Part shown: positions 1 to 11,210 of the stretch, piece after piece | How positions within the stretch are numbered: position 1 is the stretch's first letter | Layout of the letters: each line of letters begins with the position of its first letter | NCBI GenBank assembly: GCA_030295235.1 | Contig: AP026124.1 | Span: forward strand, 2,108,001-2,172,000 | DNA length: 64,000 nt | Direction of reading: 5' to 3' | Origin: Fistulifera solaris | Lineage: Eukaryota | Notes under the pieces: model-generated | What the model was told of the DNA's origin: nothing | Seen by the model: only the letters and a program-made list of their open reading frames with translations | Database searches by the model: none | Position numbers and translations under genes: made by a program

Positions 1-947
1 AGTTTTGTGAATGAGTCGATTCCAAACTGTACCCGATCTCGGATTTCGAGGTCAAACATATTGACACATTCATCACTCAACGAAATAACATTACCGTAAG
101 ATGGTGATTCGTCTTCGGTAATCATATTAAAATACTTGACATAATACTGATGCTCCATGGCCCGCAAGATACTGTCGTAACCCCGCATGGAGCGGGTCCG
201 ATGCCGTCCACCCAAATCGATTGATTCTAGAGTACAATTGCGTGTCAATTCTTCCGCGACAACCTCGAAATCATCGTCCGACAAAGCCATATTCCGCAAG
301 ACGAGATGTTGCAGTGATTTGTAGCGAAAAATCGTTTGCAAGTGGTCAGCACGAATTATAGAAGAATTCTCACGCCAAGGTTTCGACCTTTGGATCACAA
401 GTCGTTTCAAGTTGGGCAGTTGTGTCAGAATTCTGGCGAACCGATCTGCGACAATTGTGTCGGATTCATGTCTGCCCTGTCTTCGAAAGGTGACATCGGT
501 AAGAACAACTTCTTCGATGGAAGGAGGGATGCTCAGTTGAAGTAAAGGAAAAAGTATAGGCGACATGAACCCAAATTGGACATGCCGGGAAACACAGAAA
601 AATTTCAAGTTTTTCATCGATGGACTCATCCATTGTAAAACATCTTCCAGCATGACCGTAAAGACTCCCGTCAACGATGCGGTGATTTCTATGGCTTCTA
701 GATTCGTCATACGATGCACTAGTTGTATGACGTCACTCCAAGCGCACTGTTCTCGGTTCGCAATCACCACCGCATACAAATGGTTGAGAGCTTCTCCGTT
801 GACTTTGAGCATTTTAATGCCTCGCACATCTTCCATGCGGACCCACGCCTGGAACCCCTCGACATCGATCCTTGTATTCGAAGGTATAGAGAAGTTGGCT
901 GTTGGTTGAGTGATGAAATTCGTTACAATCGATAGTAGCGTTGTCAT
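1..947 (-). CDS. LRR/RNI-like hypothetical protein, 3' end beyond window edge (missing from ORF track)
   Basis: Manual translation from ATG at 947 is open to position 1 (MTTLLSIVTNF...LPNLKRLVI...KSLQHLVLRNMALSDDDFEVVAEELTRNCTLESIDL), showing LxxLxL repeats. Confidence 0.7.
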   Translation of the reverse strand, partial: MTTLLSIVTNFITQPTANFSIPSNTRIDVEGFQAWVRMEDVRGIKMLKVNGEALNHLYAVVIANREQCAWSDVIQLVHRMTNLEAIEITASLTGVFTVMLEDVLQWMSPSMKNLKFFCVSRHVQFGFMSPILFPLLQLSIPPSIEEVVLTDVTFRRQGRHESDTIVADRFARILTQLPNLKRLVIQRSKPWRENSSIIRADHLQTIFRYKSLQHLVLRNMALSDDDFEVVAEELTRNCTLESIDLGGRHRTRSMRGYDSILRAMEHQYYVKYFNMITEDESPSYGNVISLSDECVNMFDLEIRDRVQFGIDSFTK

Positions 948-1793
948 TGTGAAAAATGAAAAACAAAAACAAAAACAAATTGGCGGAAATCATCGGGTTG
1001 TAGCTCCGACTGGATTCAATCACGAGTCGTCACTTTGACTATTTAATTTCACTTTCACCGCAACAGTGAAATTTCGCCGCAACAATGAAACAGCAACAAA
1101 CGTTTTTTTCAGGAAAGTTGAAATACCTGGAATAACCGCTCCTCGATACGACAAGCCACAGATAGATTATCCAGTCATCGATATTGTTGCCGCTGACGAT
1201 GTAGTTGGGAAGGCTTTCGTCCGTCTTGTATGGGATTGCATCGCCGTTGTTTGCAAGCAAACAAGAAAAAACAATCGAAATCATGCAAGGTTACTCAATA
1301 AATGAACATCCACGAGACGAAATCATTATGTTTTCGTTTGCAATATTACCGATTACTTTCCACTTCTACGGTCAGAAAATAAGTGAAGAGCACAGCAGCA
1401 AACACAACAATAGAGAACAGAACAAAATAAACTTGTCTATCAAGTGTACTATATCGCGTCAATCTACTTGGTCTTCTCCTAAATCAAGAATAGACGACCG
1501 AAGCAGCAATCGCGGTGGCTTTCATGAAAAATGAAGGACTCATCATCATGGAAGCCGAGCTAATTTCCTGCTTCTGAACCAAGCCGTTCCGACATCCTCC
1601 CAGATTTTTTTCTGGTGAGACGATACCAGTACTGGTACCTCAGTCTTCTCTAGAATGGAATTCGTGACTGATTTTGCGCTGAGAGCCATACATTTTCTGG
1701 AAGCGGCGATTTTTTTTTTCCTTCATGATTATTGTGTTCTTTTGTCCATCGCAATACTGGCAGTAGTTGAACCGATAGCTGCACAATAATAGT

Positions 1794-2802
1794 ATGCCCA
1801 AGAAATCGAAAGCACAAATAAAGCGTTTAGCCAAGCGAGCAGAAGCGCGGGGTGAAGTCTACGAAGCTCCAGTAACACCAGTTACCACAGAGGAATCATC
1901 GTCTTCCGCCCAACTGACGAATGTCAAATTACTCGCCGCAAGGCGATTGCAGCAAGAGCTTCTAGACATTGAAAAAGATGAATCGATGAAAGCCAAAGAT
2001 AGGCGTTCCGCTAAGCGGAAGGCAGAAGCAATCGCCTTGGAGAAATCAGGATGTTCGGCCGACGAGTTGCTAGCTTGGTACAAAGAACAAAAGGATGACG
2101 ATAGACCCGAGACGAATAACAGCAGGAAGCAGAAAAAAGCTGACGCTACACAAACCGATAAGCGAAAAATTCCGTACATTTTGTTCATTGGCCAATTATC
2201 GTACGACACCACCAAAGAATCGTTACTTCAACATTTTCAATCCGAATTGGCCGACGACGACGACGGCTTTGATATCAATGAACAGACGTGCCAAATACGA
2301 CTCCTCACGGACGCGAAAACCAAAAAGTCACGTGGAATGGCGTTTGTCGAATTGTCAACTCCGGAATTGATGCACGCTTGTCTGAAACTGCACAAAACCA
2401 TGTTGGAGGGACGCCGGATCAATGTCGAAAAAAAGTGCCGGAGGGGGAAAACACAGTGAACAGCGCAAAGAAAAACTAAAAACATTTCGAACACAGCAAG
2501 AAGAATACATTGAATCTATGGTCACGAAGATGATCGACGAATACAAACAAAAGGGAGAAATACAGGATGGAGAATTGGATGAAGGAGTGATTGCTTTGTG
2601 TCAGCGACATTCCGGCGCGGTAGTGCAAGCCGCCCTCGAACGATATGTGGACTCCAATGGTCGCGAAATGGACAATCCCAGCGCTTATTTGTCTTTTTTG
2701 CTCGGTAAATTGGCGCAAGAAGGTATTTATGACAGTGAAAAGGGAAAGAAAGCCCCCACTAATGTCACGGATCGACCACCCAAACGTGTTCGACTAAAAT
2801 AA
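1794..2802 (+). CDS. RRM RNA-binding protein, Nop6-like nucleolar type; one frameshift at ~2430
   Basis: RNP2 ILFIGQL, RNP1 RGMAFVEL, then RRINVEKSAGGG when ORFs 1794 and 2422 are joined at an A run. Confidence 0.8.
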
Positions 2803-2860
2803 TGATTCAAGAATCATTAGAAATAAACGATAGGAGAATGCATTATTTCTGTTGACATTT

Positions 2861-4111
2861 TTAAGACATTTTCTTTGGTCTCCCTCTTCGTTTGGGCGCC
2901 CAATAAAAACCCAATGTTTCCAGCTGCCTTATTCGCTCTTCTTTTTTGGGTCCCTTCACATAGGCACCCTTCAATCGGATATCTTTGAGTCGTTGCCCAA
3001 GAGGCAGACCCCACAAATGCTCCGGCCAAGGCCACTCTACTTCGGTCCATTCATCTGGTTTCGGGACTACAAACTTTATCGGAACATCTAACGATCGATT
3101 GTGTAATTTGGAATAAATAGCCGCCGCATGAACCACTTCCAACCATCCCAGATTCGAATTTCCCGTCCACCGAAACCCCAATTCTTCGAGCAATCGACGT
3201 CGTTCAGGATGTTTTTTCACATACAATCCCTTTTGACGGACCGCATGACATTTAACTCCCAGAGGATATCCCCAAAAGGCTTCCGGCCACTGCGGATCCT
3301 CGCAAGGAACCACGTACTGCGCCGGCACCTTCAATACCTGCGTGCGTTCTCCCGGACTGAACGGTCCACACTGTTCCAATTGCGCATAATGCCACACAAC
3401 ATTGTAAAACTTTAGAAAGCGCTCTTCATGAACATCCCACACGAACCCCAAACCGTCCAATTGTTGCCGCCTTGCTTCGGCCGTCGGTCCCCGCAAAAAA
3501 TCATGCCGGGCGCGGATCCGATACACACTCTTCCCCAACGGTATACCCCACGTCGCCCGAGGCCACTGCACATCACCTAACGGTACCACAAATTGGTTGG
3601 GGACCAAAACGTGTCCATGTAAATTATAATACGTAATCAAGGCTTCTAACACCAAATTCCATTCCGGCTGTAATCGTTCCCACACAAATCCCAATCGATT
3701 CAATTCAGCGACACGATCGGGACGTTGTTGAATGTGCAATTGCCACCATTTCATGTTATAGACGGTACTGGATAAATCCAAACCGTACCAATCGGAGGGA
3801 AAGGCTTTGGATGTTACCGTGTAACGACGGGGAATGACCAAATCGCCGTGCAGCGCGTGATACGTTTGGAGTGCTTGTAACGTAATGTCGTACGGAATAT
3901 CCATGGCGTTTGTGCGTAATGATGTTGTGAATTGGATGTTTGTTTCGTTCTTTGTTTCTTGGATGATGATTTGTTCGTCATTTGGAAGAGCAGGACGGCT
4001 CATCACGAGGCCCCGAGAGGACTGATTGGGTCGTCGGCACATCCAAGCGGTTGCTTGCCAAGTACTCCACCATCCACAAAGGGATAACCAACAGCACCAT
4101 TTCCGAAGCAT
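2861..4111 (-). CDS. Helicase-associated (HA) repeat protein with probable plastid presequence and C-terminal AT-hook-like motif
   Basis: Four repeats ending LxxLGFxW; N-terminus MLRKWCCWLSLCGWWSTWQATAW; C-terminal KRRGRPKK; start at 4111 inferred. Confidence 0.8.
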   Translation of the reverse strand: MLRKWCCWLSLCGWWSTWQATAWMCRRPNQSSRGLVMSRPALPNDEQIIIQETKNETNIQFTTSLRTNAMDIPYDITLQALQTYHALHGDLVIPRRYTVTSKAFPSDWYGLDLSSTVYNMKWWQLHIQQRPDRVAELNRLGFVWERLQPEWNLVLEALITYYNLHGHVLVPNQFVVPLGDVQWPRATWGIPLGKSVYRIRARHDFLRGPTAEARRQQLDGLGFVWDVHEERFLKFYNVVWHYAQLEQCGPFSPGERTQVLKVPAQYVVPCEDPQWPEAFWGYPLGVKCHAVRQKGLYVKKHPERRRLLEELGFRWTGNSNLGWLEVVHAAAIYSKLHNRSLDVPIKFVVPKPDEWTEVEWPWPEHLWGLPLGQRLKDIRLKGAYVKGPKKEERIRQLETLGFYWAPKRRGRPKKMS

Positions 4112-4696
4112 TCTATTGTAACATTTTGAGATTTTTGCTTGATCACTGGAAATAAATGGTTGTGTGATAATAATAATGATGTACAACTAAGTAATAGTTG
4201 ATGTGTTTTTCACTTTTTGCGGCGATCGAGTACGGTACCGGTACCGTACCAGGTATCGAGTGCTTCAAACAAAAACGCCAGTGAACGCTTTGGGTACCGG
4301 TGTGTCGTCGAGTTATAGAGTGCACACCAGGTACCAGGTATAGTTCCATCATGTTGTATCGGGCTCATGACTAAATATCCAGTCTTGGAAAAATCGAGCA
4401 ACACTCTCGTCTATAGTAAATAAAACTAGGTACGATTAGCTGCTTAACAAAGAACATTCTTATAGATGCATACCTAGTTTGTCCACTTTTCGTGCCTAGT
4501 AATGTACTGATATAGCCCAATTATTCGAATCAAAGACATTTCAGTTTTGAAATCAATTTTTAATTGAATTTAATTAATATCCGGGTCTCTGACTCTTTCC
4601 GGGTTCAAAAGAAATTTCAGTTGGAAAATAATGACTTTAATGAGTTTTACAATACTTCAAGCCATCAACCGAAAAGCCCCTCCAATTCCTCGACAT

Positions 4697-5683
4697 TTAT
4701 TGGAGTTCTTTCACAAAATACCCAATCTCCGCCGCCGAGCCCGCCCAAAAGGGATTCCATCGTTGGCCGACATCCCTATAACCGGTGCCCGTGTACAATT
4801 GATAGGCCGCTGTATTGTCGACATCAACGTGCAAGTAAATTTTCGAATAACCCCAGACAGTACCAGCAATCTCTTCGACACATTGCACCAAGGCCCGTCC
4901 GATGCTTTGACCCCGATAAGCTTCTGCCACACACAAGTTACTCAAGTACGGTTGTTGCTGAACTTTAGTACTCTTGTTCCAAAGACGCCGTTCGAGGCGA
5001 TCCAACCAGGGCAGTGTAAATGGAATTTTGGCATCACAAGGTTGTATGCGTAATTCCACAGAACCAATGATTTCAATGCGCCAATTCTTGTTCATTTTCT
5101 TCGTATCGTTCTGGACGGGCCGCGCGAGTACCAAAACGAGTGCCGTCTCGGTCGCATCTTCTTCATCGGGATAAGGTCCTCGAAGGCCCATATTATTTTT
5201 GGTAAGACGCCCACGGATCCGACTCCGCAATCCCGCCAAGACTTCGGCAAAGGCCACAATCCCCGAATATCCATTCAACAGGTCGACGGTTGGTTGGAGA
5301 ATGAACTGTTCAAACGATGAAGTCATATCGTTGCTCAAACGAATGGCTTCGGATCCGAACGATTCGACGACAAAGCGCGCCGTGTCGGGTAAATCGTCTT
5401 CTTCGACGACACACAACTCGAAAGACGGGTCGGATCTTAGCTGAAAGTTGGAATTGAGGCACGAGTTTTCATTCGTTGTTGAGTCAACCTTTGGGTAAAG
5501 AGTTCGTAAAGGGATCAAATGAAGTGTGAGCCGATCTCGATTGTTTCGGGTGGGCGACGGAGAAAATCCTTGTGCACTATGCACGAGAATTACAAAAGGC
5601 AGTAGCAGCAAGCATCGTCGCCGTTTCAAACTCCTTGTCATGATTCGCGATGAAAATGGGTGGCGGGTTGACGTTGATAGCAA
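4697..5683 (-). CDS. GNAT-family N-acetyltransferase, probably plastid-targeted
   Basis: YLSNLCVAEAYRGQSIG acetyl-CoA motif, LHVDVDNTAAYQLY; hydrophobic signal ending AQG-F; exact start uncertain. Confidence 0.85.
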   Translation of the reverse strand: MLSTSTRHPFSSRIMTRSLKRRRCLLLLPFVILVHSAQGFSPSPTRNNRDRLTLHLIPLRTLYPKVDSTTNENSCLNSNFQLRSDPSFELCVVEEDDLPDTARFVVESFGSEAIRLSNDMTSSFEQFILQPTVDLLNGYSGIVAFAEVLAGLRSRIRGRLTKNNMGLRGPYPDEEDATETALVLVLARPVQNDTKKMNKNWRIEIIGSVELRIQPCDAKIPFTLPWLDRLERRLWNKSTKVQQQPYLSNLCVAEAYRGQSIGRALVQCVEEIAGTVWGYSKIYLHVDVDNTAAYQLYTGTGYRDVGQRWNPFWAGSAAEIGYFVKELQ

Positions 5684-6126
5684 TAAGAGAGGAGAGCAAA
5701 AATAATAACGGACAAGAGGTGCAAACGAATACTGTTGACCTTTTGCGAGGCGATCGGTTTTGTCGATGTTGCTTCTCCACTATGGTCTCGAGTGTAAGCG
5801 TGATTTTTTTTGAATCAACAACAACACTTCAGTCCCGGGAATGGTCAAACAAACATTGTAAATCAGACAAGGCAGCCCTCTTGTTCCAAAAGCAAAACGG
5901 CTTGATAATTCCTGGAGTGAACTTGTCTAGTATAAGACCGCGGATCGGTTGTGTTTCGGTTCTGTTTTAGTGTTTAGTCTTCATTCCGATAAGTTCAAAA
6001 TTTACTCCCCAACCGGTTGACGGCATTCTTTAACCCATACCTTGACCTGACCTTTAAATCATCTGAAGAAAGAACTACTACGTAGCATTTATACTACTTT
6101 GTGTATGCCTTTATGATCGTCATTCA

Positions 6127-7125
6127 TTATCCCCCCGTGACCGACTTCCACCAATTCCCCAAAACATTTTCTTCTTGTTGTTGAAGAGACTTTGGTTTGC
6201 GAAATGGCACCACACCCGATTCAAATTTATTTCGCAAATCGTATACAAACTCCAATGCGGCTCGCTCGGCGGTAGTCAATTCGGGATGCCAAAAATCCAG
6301 AATCAAGACATGCCGATCTTGTTGGGTCGGATTGCCGGTGCTGTGGGTAAAGGACGTATCCAAGGTCGTTAATTTTCCTTCTTGCCATCCACGACGTTCA
6401 CCTCCCACTTCAATCCAGCATTCCTTTCCGTCGTTGGTTGCGGCGGGAATTGATAATCCCAAATGGGAGGTCAAGATAAAATTCCGTCCGTCGGAATGGG
6501 GTTGGACACCAGAACCAGGGGCTTGTCGCGCAAAGCAAACACCCCGGACCGCCAAAGGAATGTTGAGGGAACGCAACAACTCGTAGGTTTCGGGAAAGGC
6601 TTGACAGTTTTCCATATTCCATACCCCCAAACGTTGCAATCGCACGGCACTCCATCCGGCTCCCATCACTTGGTTCTGCCACACGGAATCGGCTGCGAAT
6701 CGGTTACTATTCAACAACTGCTCACGGAACTCGCGTTGAATGATATTGACCGATGCTTCCAAGGGTGCCGCCCACGGAAACATTTCCGGATCGTCGGAGG
6801 TATCCCAAAATGGTTTCGCGGTTAAATCGGGTACATGTTCTTCAGAAGGTTCATGACCGGAGGCGTATCCCTGCGGTGGTGGAATCAATCCCTGTGACGA
6901 AGCACAAAACGTACGGATGCGCTCTAAATTCTGTCCGTTATTTTGCTTCAAATAAAATCGTTCGATACCTTCCAAACCTTCTTCGACGTCTTCCCAAAAT
7001 TGTTGTTGTCGTTCGGTGAGTGCCGATAGTACGATGGCACGATGATGCGGTGGCGGAGTTGCGTGGAAAGCCTCACCGACATGAGTTGACCCAACTAACC
7101 AAACGACAAGGAGAAGGTGTTTCAT
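6127..7125 (-). CDS. Aspartyl/asparaginyl beta-hydroxylase family 2OG-Fe(II) dioxygenase, probably plastid-targeted
   Basis: PHSDG, HLGL, LDTSFTHS, RHVLILDFWHP motifs; signal peptide ending GEA-F. Confidence 0.85.
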   Translation of the reverse strand: MKHLLLVVWLVGSTHVGEAFHATPPPHHRAIVLSALTERQQQFWEDVEEGLEGIERFYLKQNNGQNLERIRTFCASSQGLIPPPQGYASGHEPSEEHVPDLTAKPFWDTSDDPEMFPWAAPLEASVNIIQREFREQLLNSNRFAADSVWQNQVMGAGWSAVRLQRLGVWNMENCQAFPETYELLRSLNIPLAVRGVCFARQAPGSGVQPHSDGRNFILTSHLGLSIPAATNDGKECWIEVGGERRGWQEGKLTTLDTSFTHSTGNPTQQDRHVLILDFWHPELTTAERAALEFVYDLRNKFESGVVPFRKPKSLQQQEENVLGNWWKSVTGG

Positions 7126-7257
7126 CGTTCTAAGTGTCTAAACATCGATTGAATAGGTAAGCCATACCTTTTCCCCATCGATGTTGACCAAAAAACGCAC
7201 CAAAGGAGTATTTCAAAAGACATTTCATGAATTATAAAAACTTTTGTAACTATAACG

Positions 7258-7329
7258 TCCGCGATAGTATAGTGGCTAGTATCCCCGCCTGTCACGCGGG
7301 AGACCGGGGTTCGATTCCCCGTCGCGGAG
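7258..7329 (+). tRNA. trnD: tRNA-Asp (GTC)
   Basis: Acceptor stem TCCGCGA/TCGCGGA, anticodon loop CTGTCAC, T-loop GGTTCGATTCC, downstream T6 Pol III terminator. Confidence 0.97.
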
Positions 7330-7515
7330 CTACTTTTTTGTCTCTTTTTTGCCCACTGACGTTTTTCCACTTGGATGATGATTCACAACCATCGGTGTCT
7401 TTTTTTCTTTTTCACTTGCCGAGCAAGTTCATCAAATACTACTACCTGGTATGATAAAGGAAAAGAATTGAAAACAGCACTGTGGAAGCAAAACATAATC
7501 ACTATCCTTTTAAAA

Positions 7516-8747
7516 ATGCACATTCCGTCCACAGTCATGACAATTACACTGATTTTGGCTTCGACGACACGATGGGCGTCGGCCTTTTCGTCGCGTTCAT
7601 CGGCATTCACAGGCAGCAGTAGTTATTTTCGCTCGTATTCTTCCACACAACTCTCTATGAAGTTACAAACCGCAATTGTCGGACTACCAAATGTCGGTAA
7701 ATCGACACTCTTCAATGCCTTGACAGAAACACAAGGCGCCGAAGCGGCCAATTATCCCTTTGCACCATTGAACCCAACGTCGGGATTGTGGCCGTCCCGG
7801 ATCCACGATTGCAAGTTCTATCCAAAATCAACAAATCCGCGAAAACAGTACCCGCGACCTTGGAATTTGTGGACGTGGCCGGTCTGATCAAGGGTGCAGC
7901 GCAAGGAGAAGGTTTGGGCAATCAATTTTTGGGCTCCATTCGTCAATGCGATGCCATTGTGCACGTCGTGCGGTGCTTTGAAGATGATGATGTCATTCAT
8001 GTCGATGGAACGGTCGATCCCATTCGAGATGCGGAATTGATTAATTTAGAACTCACCTTTGCGGATTTGGCTCAAGTCGAGAAACGTTTGGAACGCGTCC
8101 GCAAGGACCGGAATGCGAATGCCGACGAAAAGAATGCTCTCGAAAAAGTGTCGGCCGTACTCAATATGGATCAACCCGCTCGTCAAGCGGAATTATCTCC
8201 CGAAGAAGAAGCATCGATTAAATCTTTGGGTCTTTTAACAAGAAAGCCCATGATTTACGCCGCCAACGTGGCAGATGGAGATTTGGCGACCGGCAACGAT
8301 CGCGTGGAAAAACTTCGAGAAATGGCGACCAAAGAAGGCGGGAAAGTCGTGGTGGTTTCGGCGCAAGTCGAATCCGAATTGGTAGACCTTGAACCAGAAG
8401 ATCGAGAAGATTTCTTGCAGTCGTTGGGAGTGACCATGGAGGATACAGGCTTGCGCAAATTAGTGCGAGAAGCGTACGATTTGTTGGGCTTGTCTACGTA
8501 TTTCACGAGTGGAGAGACCGAAACCCGCGCGTGGACGATCAAAAAAGGATGGAAGGCTCCTCAGGCGGCTGGTGTGATTCATAATGATTTCGAGCGTGGA
8601 TTTATTCGTGCAGAAACGATATCGTACGAGCACCTGGTGCAATGTGGCAGTGAACAAGAGGCAAAAAGTAAAGGTTTACTACGAAGTGAAGGAAAGGAGT
8701 ACGAGGTGCAAGAAGGAGACGTCATTTTGTTCCGCTTTAACGTATAG
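7516..8747 (+). CDS. ychF: Ribosome-binding ATPase YchF/OLA1, plastid-targeted; one frameshift at ~7760
   Basis: [19 protein letters not shown](C)TIEPN, DVAGL, TGS domain [20 protein letters not shown]; presequence RWASAF. Confidence 0.95.
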
Positions 8748-8779
8748 TAGCATCGTTATGATTAATTACATTTGTTGCT

Positions 8780-10171
8780 CTATTCATCTTGGAATCGTTC
8801 TTCCACAGCCCACAGGCCAAGTGCAGGGTTACGAATGAAAAAGAATGGACCGTCTTCATCCGTATTCCAGCCATCTTTGAGCTTTTGAACGTCATATTTC
8901 TTTTCCATCTGTTCCAAATCACAAAAGCCAAATCCAGCCTGTTCAATTTCTTCTCGCGTTAGATGTCCGGGACAGTAAGTGATGTGGAATCTCCCTTCGG
9001 AAGAACCGTGGATGAGATGGGCTACTGCTGACAGATTATCCCTCAACTCTTGATTCTCTTCCATGGCTTTCATTGTAGCAGGAGTTCCCTTATATCCATA
9101 TTTTCGAATGAGGTCATCGACTCGTGCATCTTCACCAAATCGTTTAACACCTGGAGCCAAGACAATGAGATGACCGTCATCCGCCATGGCCATACGGGTG
9201 CGGTAGATCGCCTTGTTCCCCAACCAGGTGCTATGGAATTCGTCTGGATCCAGGTAGGTCACCATGCGTTGGACTGGTTTTTCCAGCATGGTGAAATTGA
9301 CTTTGAGACTCAGATCGCACGCTTTCGAGTAACATTCAATGTCCCTCCCAATGTACAGGCCCCGTACGCAGAGATCACCCGTGTCTTTATCCGCAGCCAC
9401 GACAGTAAGTATGTACCACAGATCCAGCTGCTTCTCTAGAAATTCCTGACTTGCATAGTTCAAGATGGCACGCAATGGATTGTCCTTGCGGCCCATCATA
9501 CGTTCCATGCCGTGGACTGCACCAATGAAGTGAGACAAATTGATGGCTTCGACTCCCCCCGTCCCAACAAACAAGTTCTTGTTGAAGTTGGCCATCCCCA
9601 TGACTTCGTGTGGAACTACTTGCCCAATCGATAATACGAGAGACTCTGGTTTCTTGTCTTGACGACGACGACGCTTGTCCCACACCTTTCGATTCAATTG
9701 TGCCGGCCATTCTTGATCGACGAGACCCTGTGTCGCCTCTCGTACCATAGAAGCAGGTGCATGTCCTATCGTGACGACATCTTTACGCCATTCATGAACA
9801 ATGAAGGTGTCATCTTGTTTTTTTGCCAGCTGCTTTCCGTACATGGTTTTGATTTCTTGCTGTGTCATGGGCGCATGCGTTCCGAGTGCGGGCAGAATTT
9901 GTATCGAAGGCGGCGAACTTTTCAGTTTCTTTGTCGACGGAGTATCGCTACTGCTAGTCTCTGAAGGGATAAATTGATAATGCTCGCATATCATTTGAGT
10001 CAATTTTCCTGCCTGGGAATGAAAGCGAGTGAAATCGGGTGGAATGATCAAGACATCGTCACGTGCTCCGAGCGCTTCTAGAAATGAATCAATCTGCTGT
10101 CTTAGATCATCGTCTGACAAGGATGTTGTTTCTGAACCGACTGCGCAGAAGAGAGAAGGTGGTTCTGACAT
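8780..10171 (-). CDS. LarA-superfamily (lactate racemase domain) nickel-pincer hydroxyacid racemase/epimerase
   Basis: PDFTR, PALGTH, VVPHEVMGMANFNK, NLSH, WLGNKA motifs; intronless; start 10171 inferred (ORF open to 10243). Confidence 0.85.
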   Translation of the reverse strand: MSEPPSLFCAVGSETTSLSDDDLRQQIDSFLEALGARDDVLIIPPDFTRFHSQAGKLTQMICEHYQFIPSETSSSDTPSTKKLKSSPPSIQILPALGTHAPMTQQEIKTMYGKQLAKKQDDTFIVHEWRKDVVTIGHAPASMVREATQGLVDQEWPAQLNRKVWDKRRRRQDKKPESLVLSIGQVVPHEVMGMANFNKNLFVGTGGVEAINLSHFIGAVHGMERMMGRKDNPLRAILNYASQEFLEKQLDLWYILTVVAADKDTGDLCVRGLYIGRDIECYSKACDLSLKVNFTMLEKPVQRMVTYLDPDEFHSTWLGNKAIYRTRMAMADDGHLIVLAPGVKRFGEDARVDDLIRKYGYKGTPATMKAMEENQELRDNLSAVAHLIHGSSEGRFHITYCPGHLTREEIEQAGFGFCDLEQMEKKYDVQKLKDGWNTDEDGPFFFIRNPALGLWAVEERFQDE

Positions 10172-11210
10172 GATGACTTTCTGCAAATTGTAACTCCGTA
10201 GATTTACATCTGCATTCTCTCGATCTCTGCGGCAAGCACTCAATAAAATTCAAGCATACCAGTACCGGTACAGTACCGGTACCCGGTTCCTGGTATCATT
10301 CTATCGTCGATCGGATCTTTGAGTACCGTATGGATCGTTTACTATAGGAAAATAATGTCGTCGGATCACAACGTGACTATCAGCTTTTGTACTCTTCAAT
10401 TCCATCGTCATTTCAATGAATGTTGTCTCTCGCTCCTTCCGCGCAATGACGAAAATCGGCGCAACATCTGACGGAACGACAGACACTTTGTTTTCGAGAC
10501 GCGCGTGCAACTCCAATCCGAACAAGTCATCGTAGTAAAGATTAATACTCCGTAATTATGGACGGAATAGCGAAGATTGAATGCGTACGAACGATTTACT
10601 TAGGAGAATGTCGCTGTAGGCTCCGGTACATTTTCTACATGACACAATTAAGAAATAAACGGTTTGTGCAAAGTGTCTTAAACAAAAAAAAATTCGATCG
10701 CGAGATTTTTTCGTACCCGACCTCCTTTCATTGATCACCACGGCATCACTTTTGCAAAAACAGCAAGCAGCGCAACGCGAAGATCAAATCATTTGATTCA
10801 AAACATCAACACGATGTAAGTTATTCTTTCAATTCTTCCACCATCGTGATTCTAATTTATCGAGATTGAAATTGTTTATTTTAAATGGAGAAAACGCTTA
10901 GAATGGCACTGTTTCGCTGCTCATGGTCAATTTCATGCATCGAAAAAGGAACGCAGCAGCGTTGACCTCTCTCTCGACGACTTGTGTTTTTCATGTCGCT
11001 GGTTGAACGTAGGATTTTGTACGGACGCACGCGTTGAAATTCGGGTCTTGAATTGGTCAGTCGTGTCACGTAGAAACAGTACTGAGAACTCCTGTAGAAA
11101 CGCACGCTCGTCCTTTTCCGACTGACCGAAAAAAACATTCAGCGGAATGAAGTTTTTGCAACTATCATTGCATTGCCTCACAGTTCCCTTTGTTGCTGAC
11201 AGATTGAAAG

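Noticed and set aside
1039..1534. Short ORFs in the divergent intergenic region
   Set aside because: No recognisable motifs; AT-rich and UTR-like
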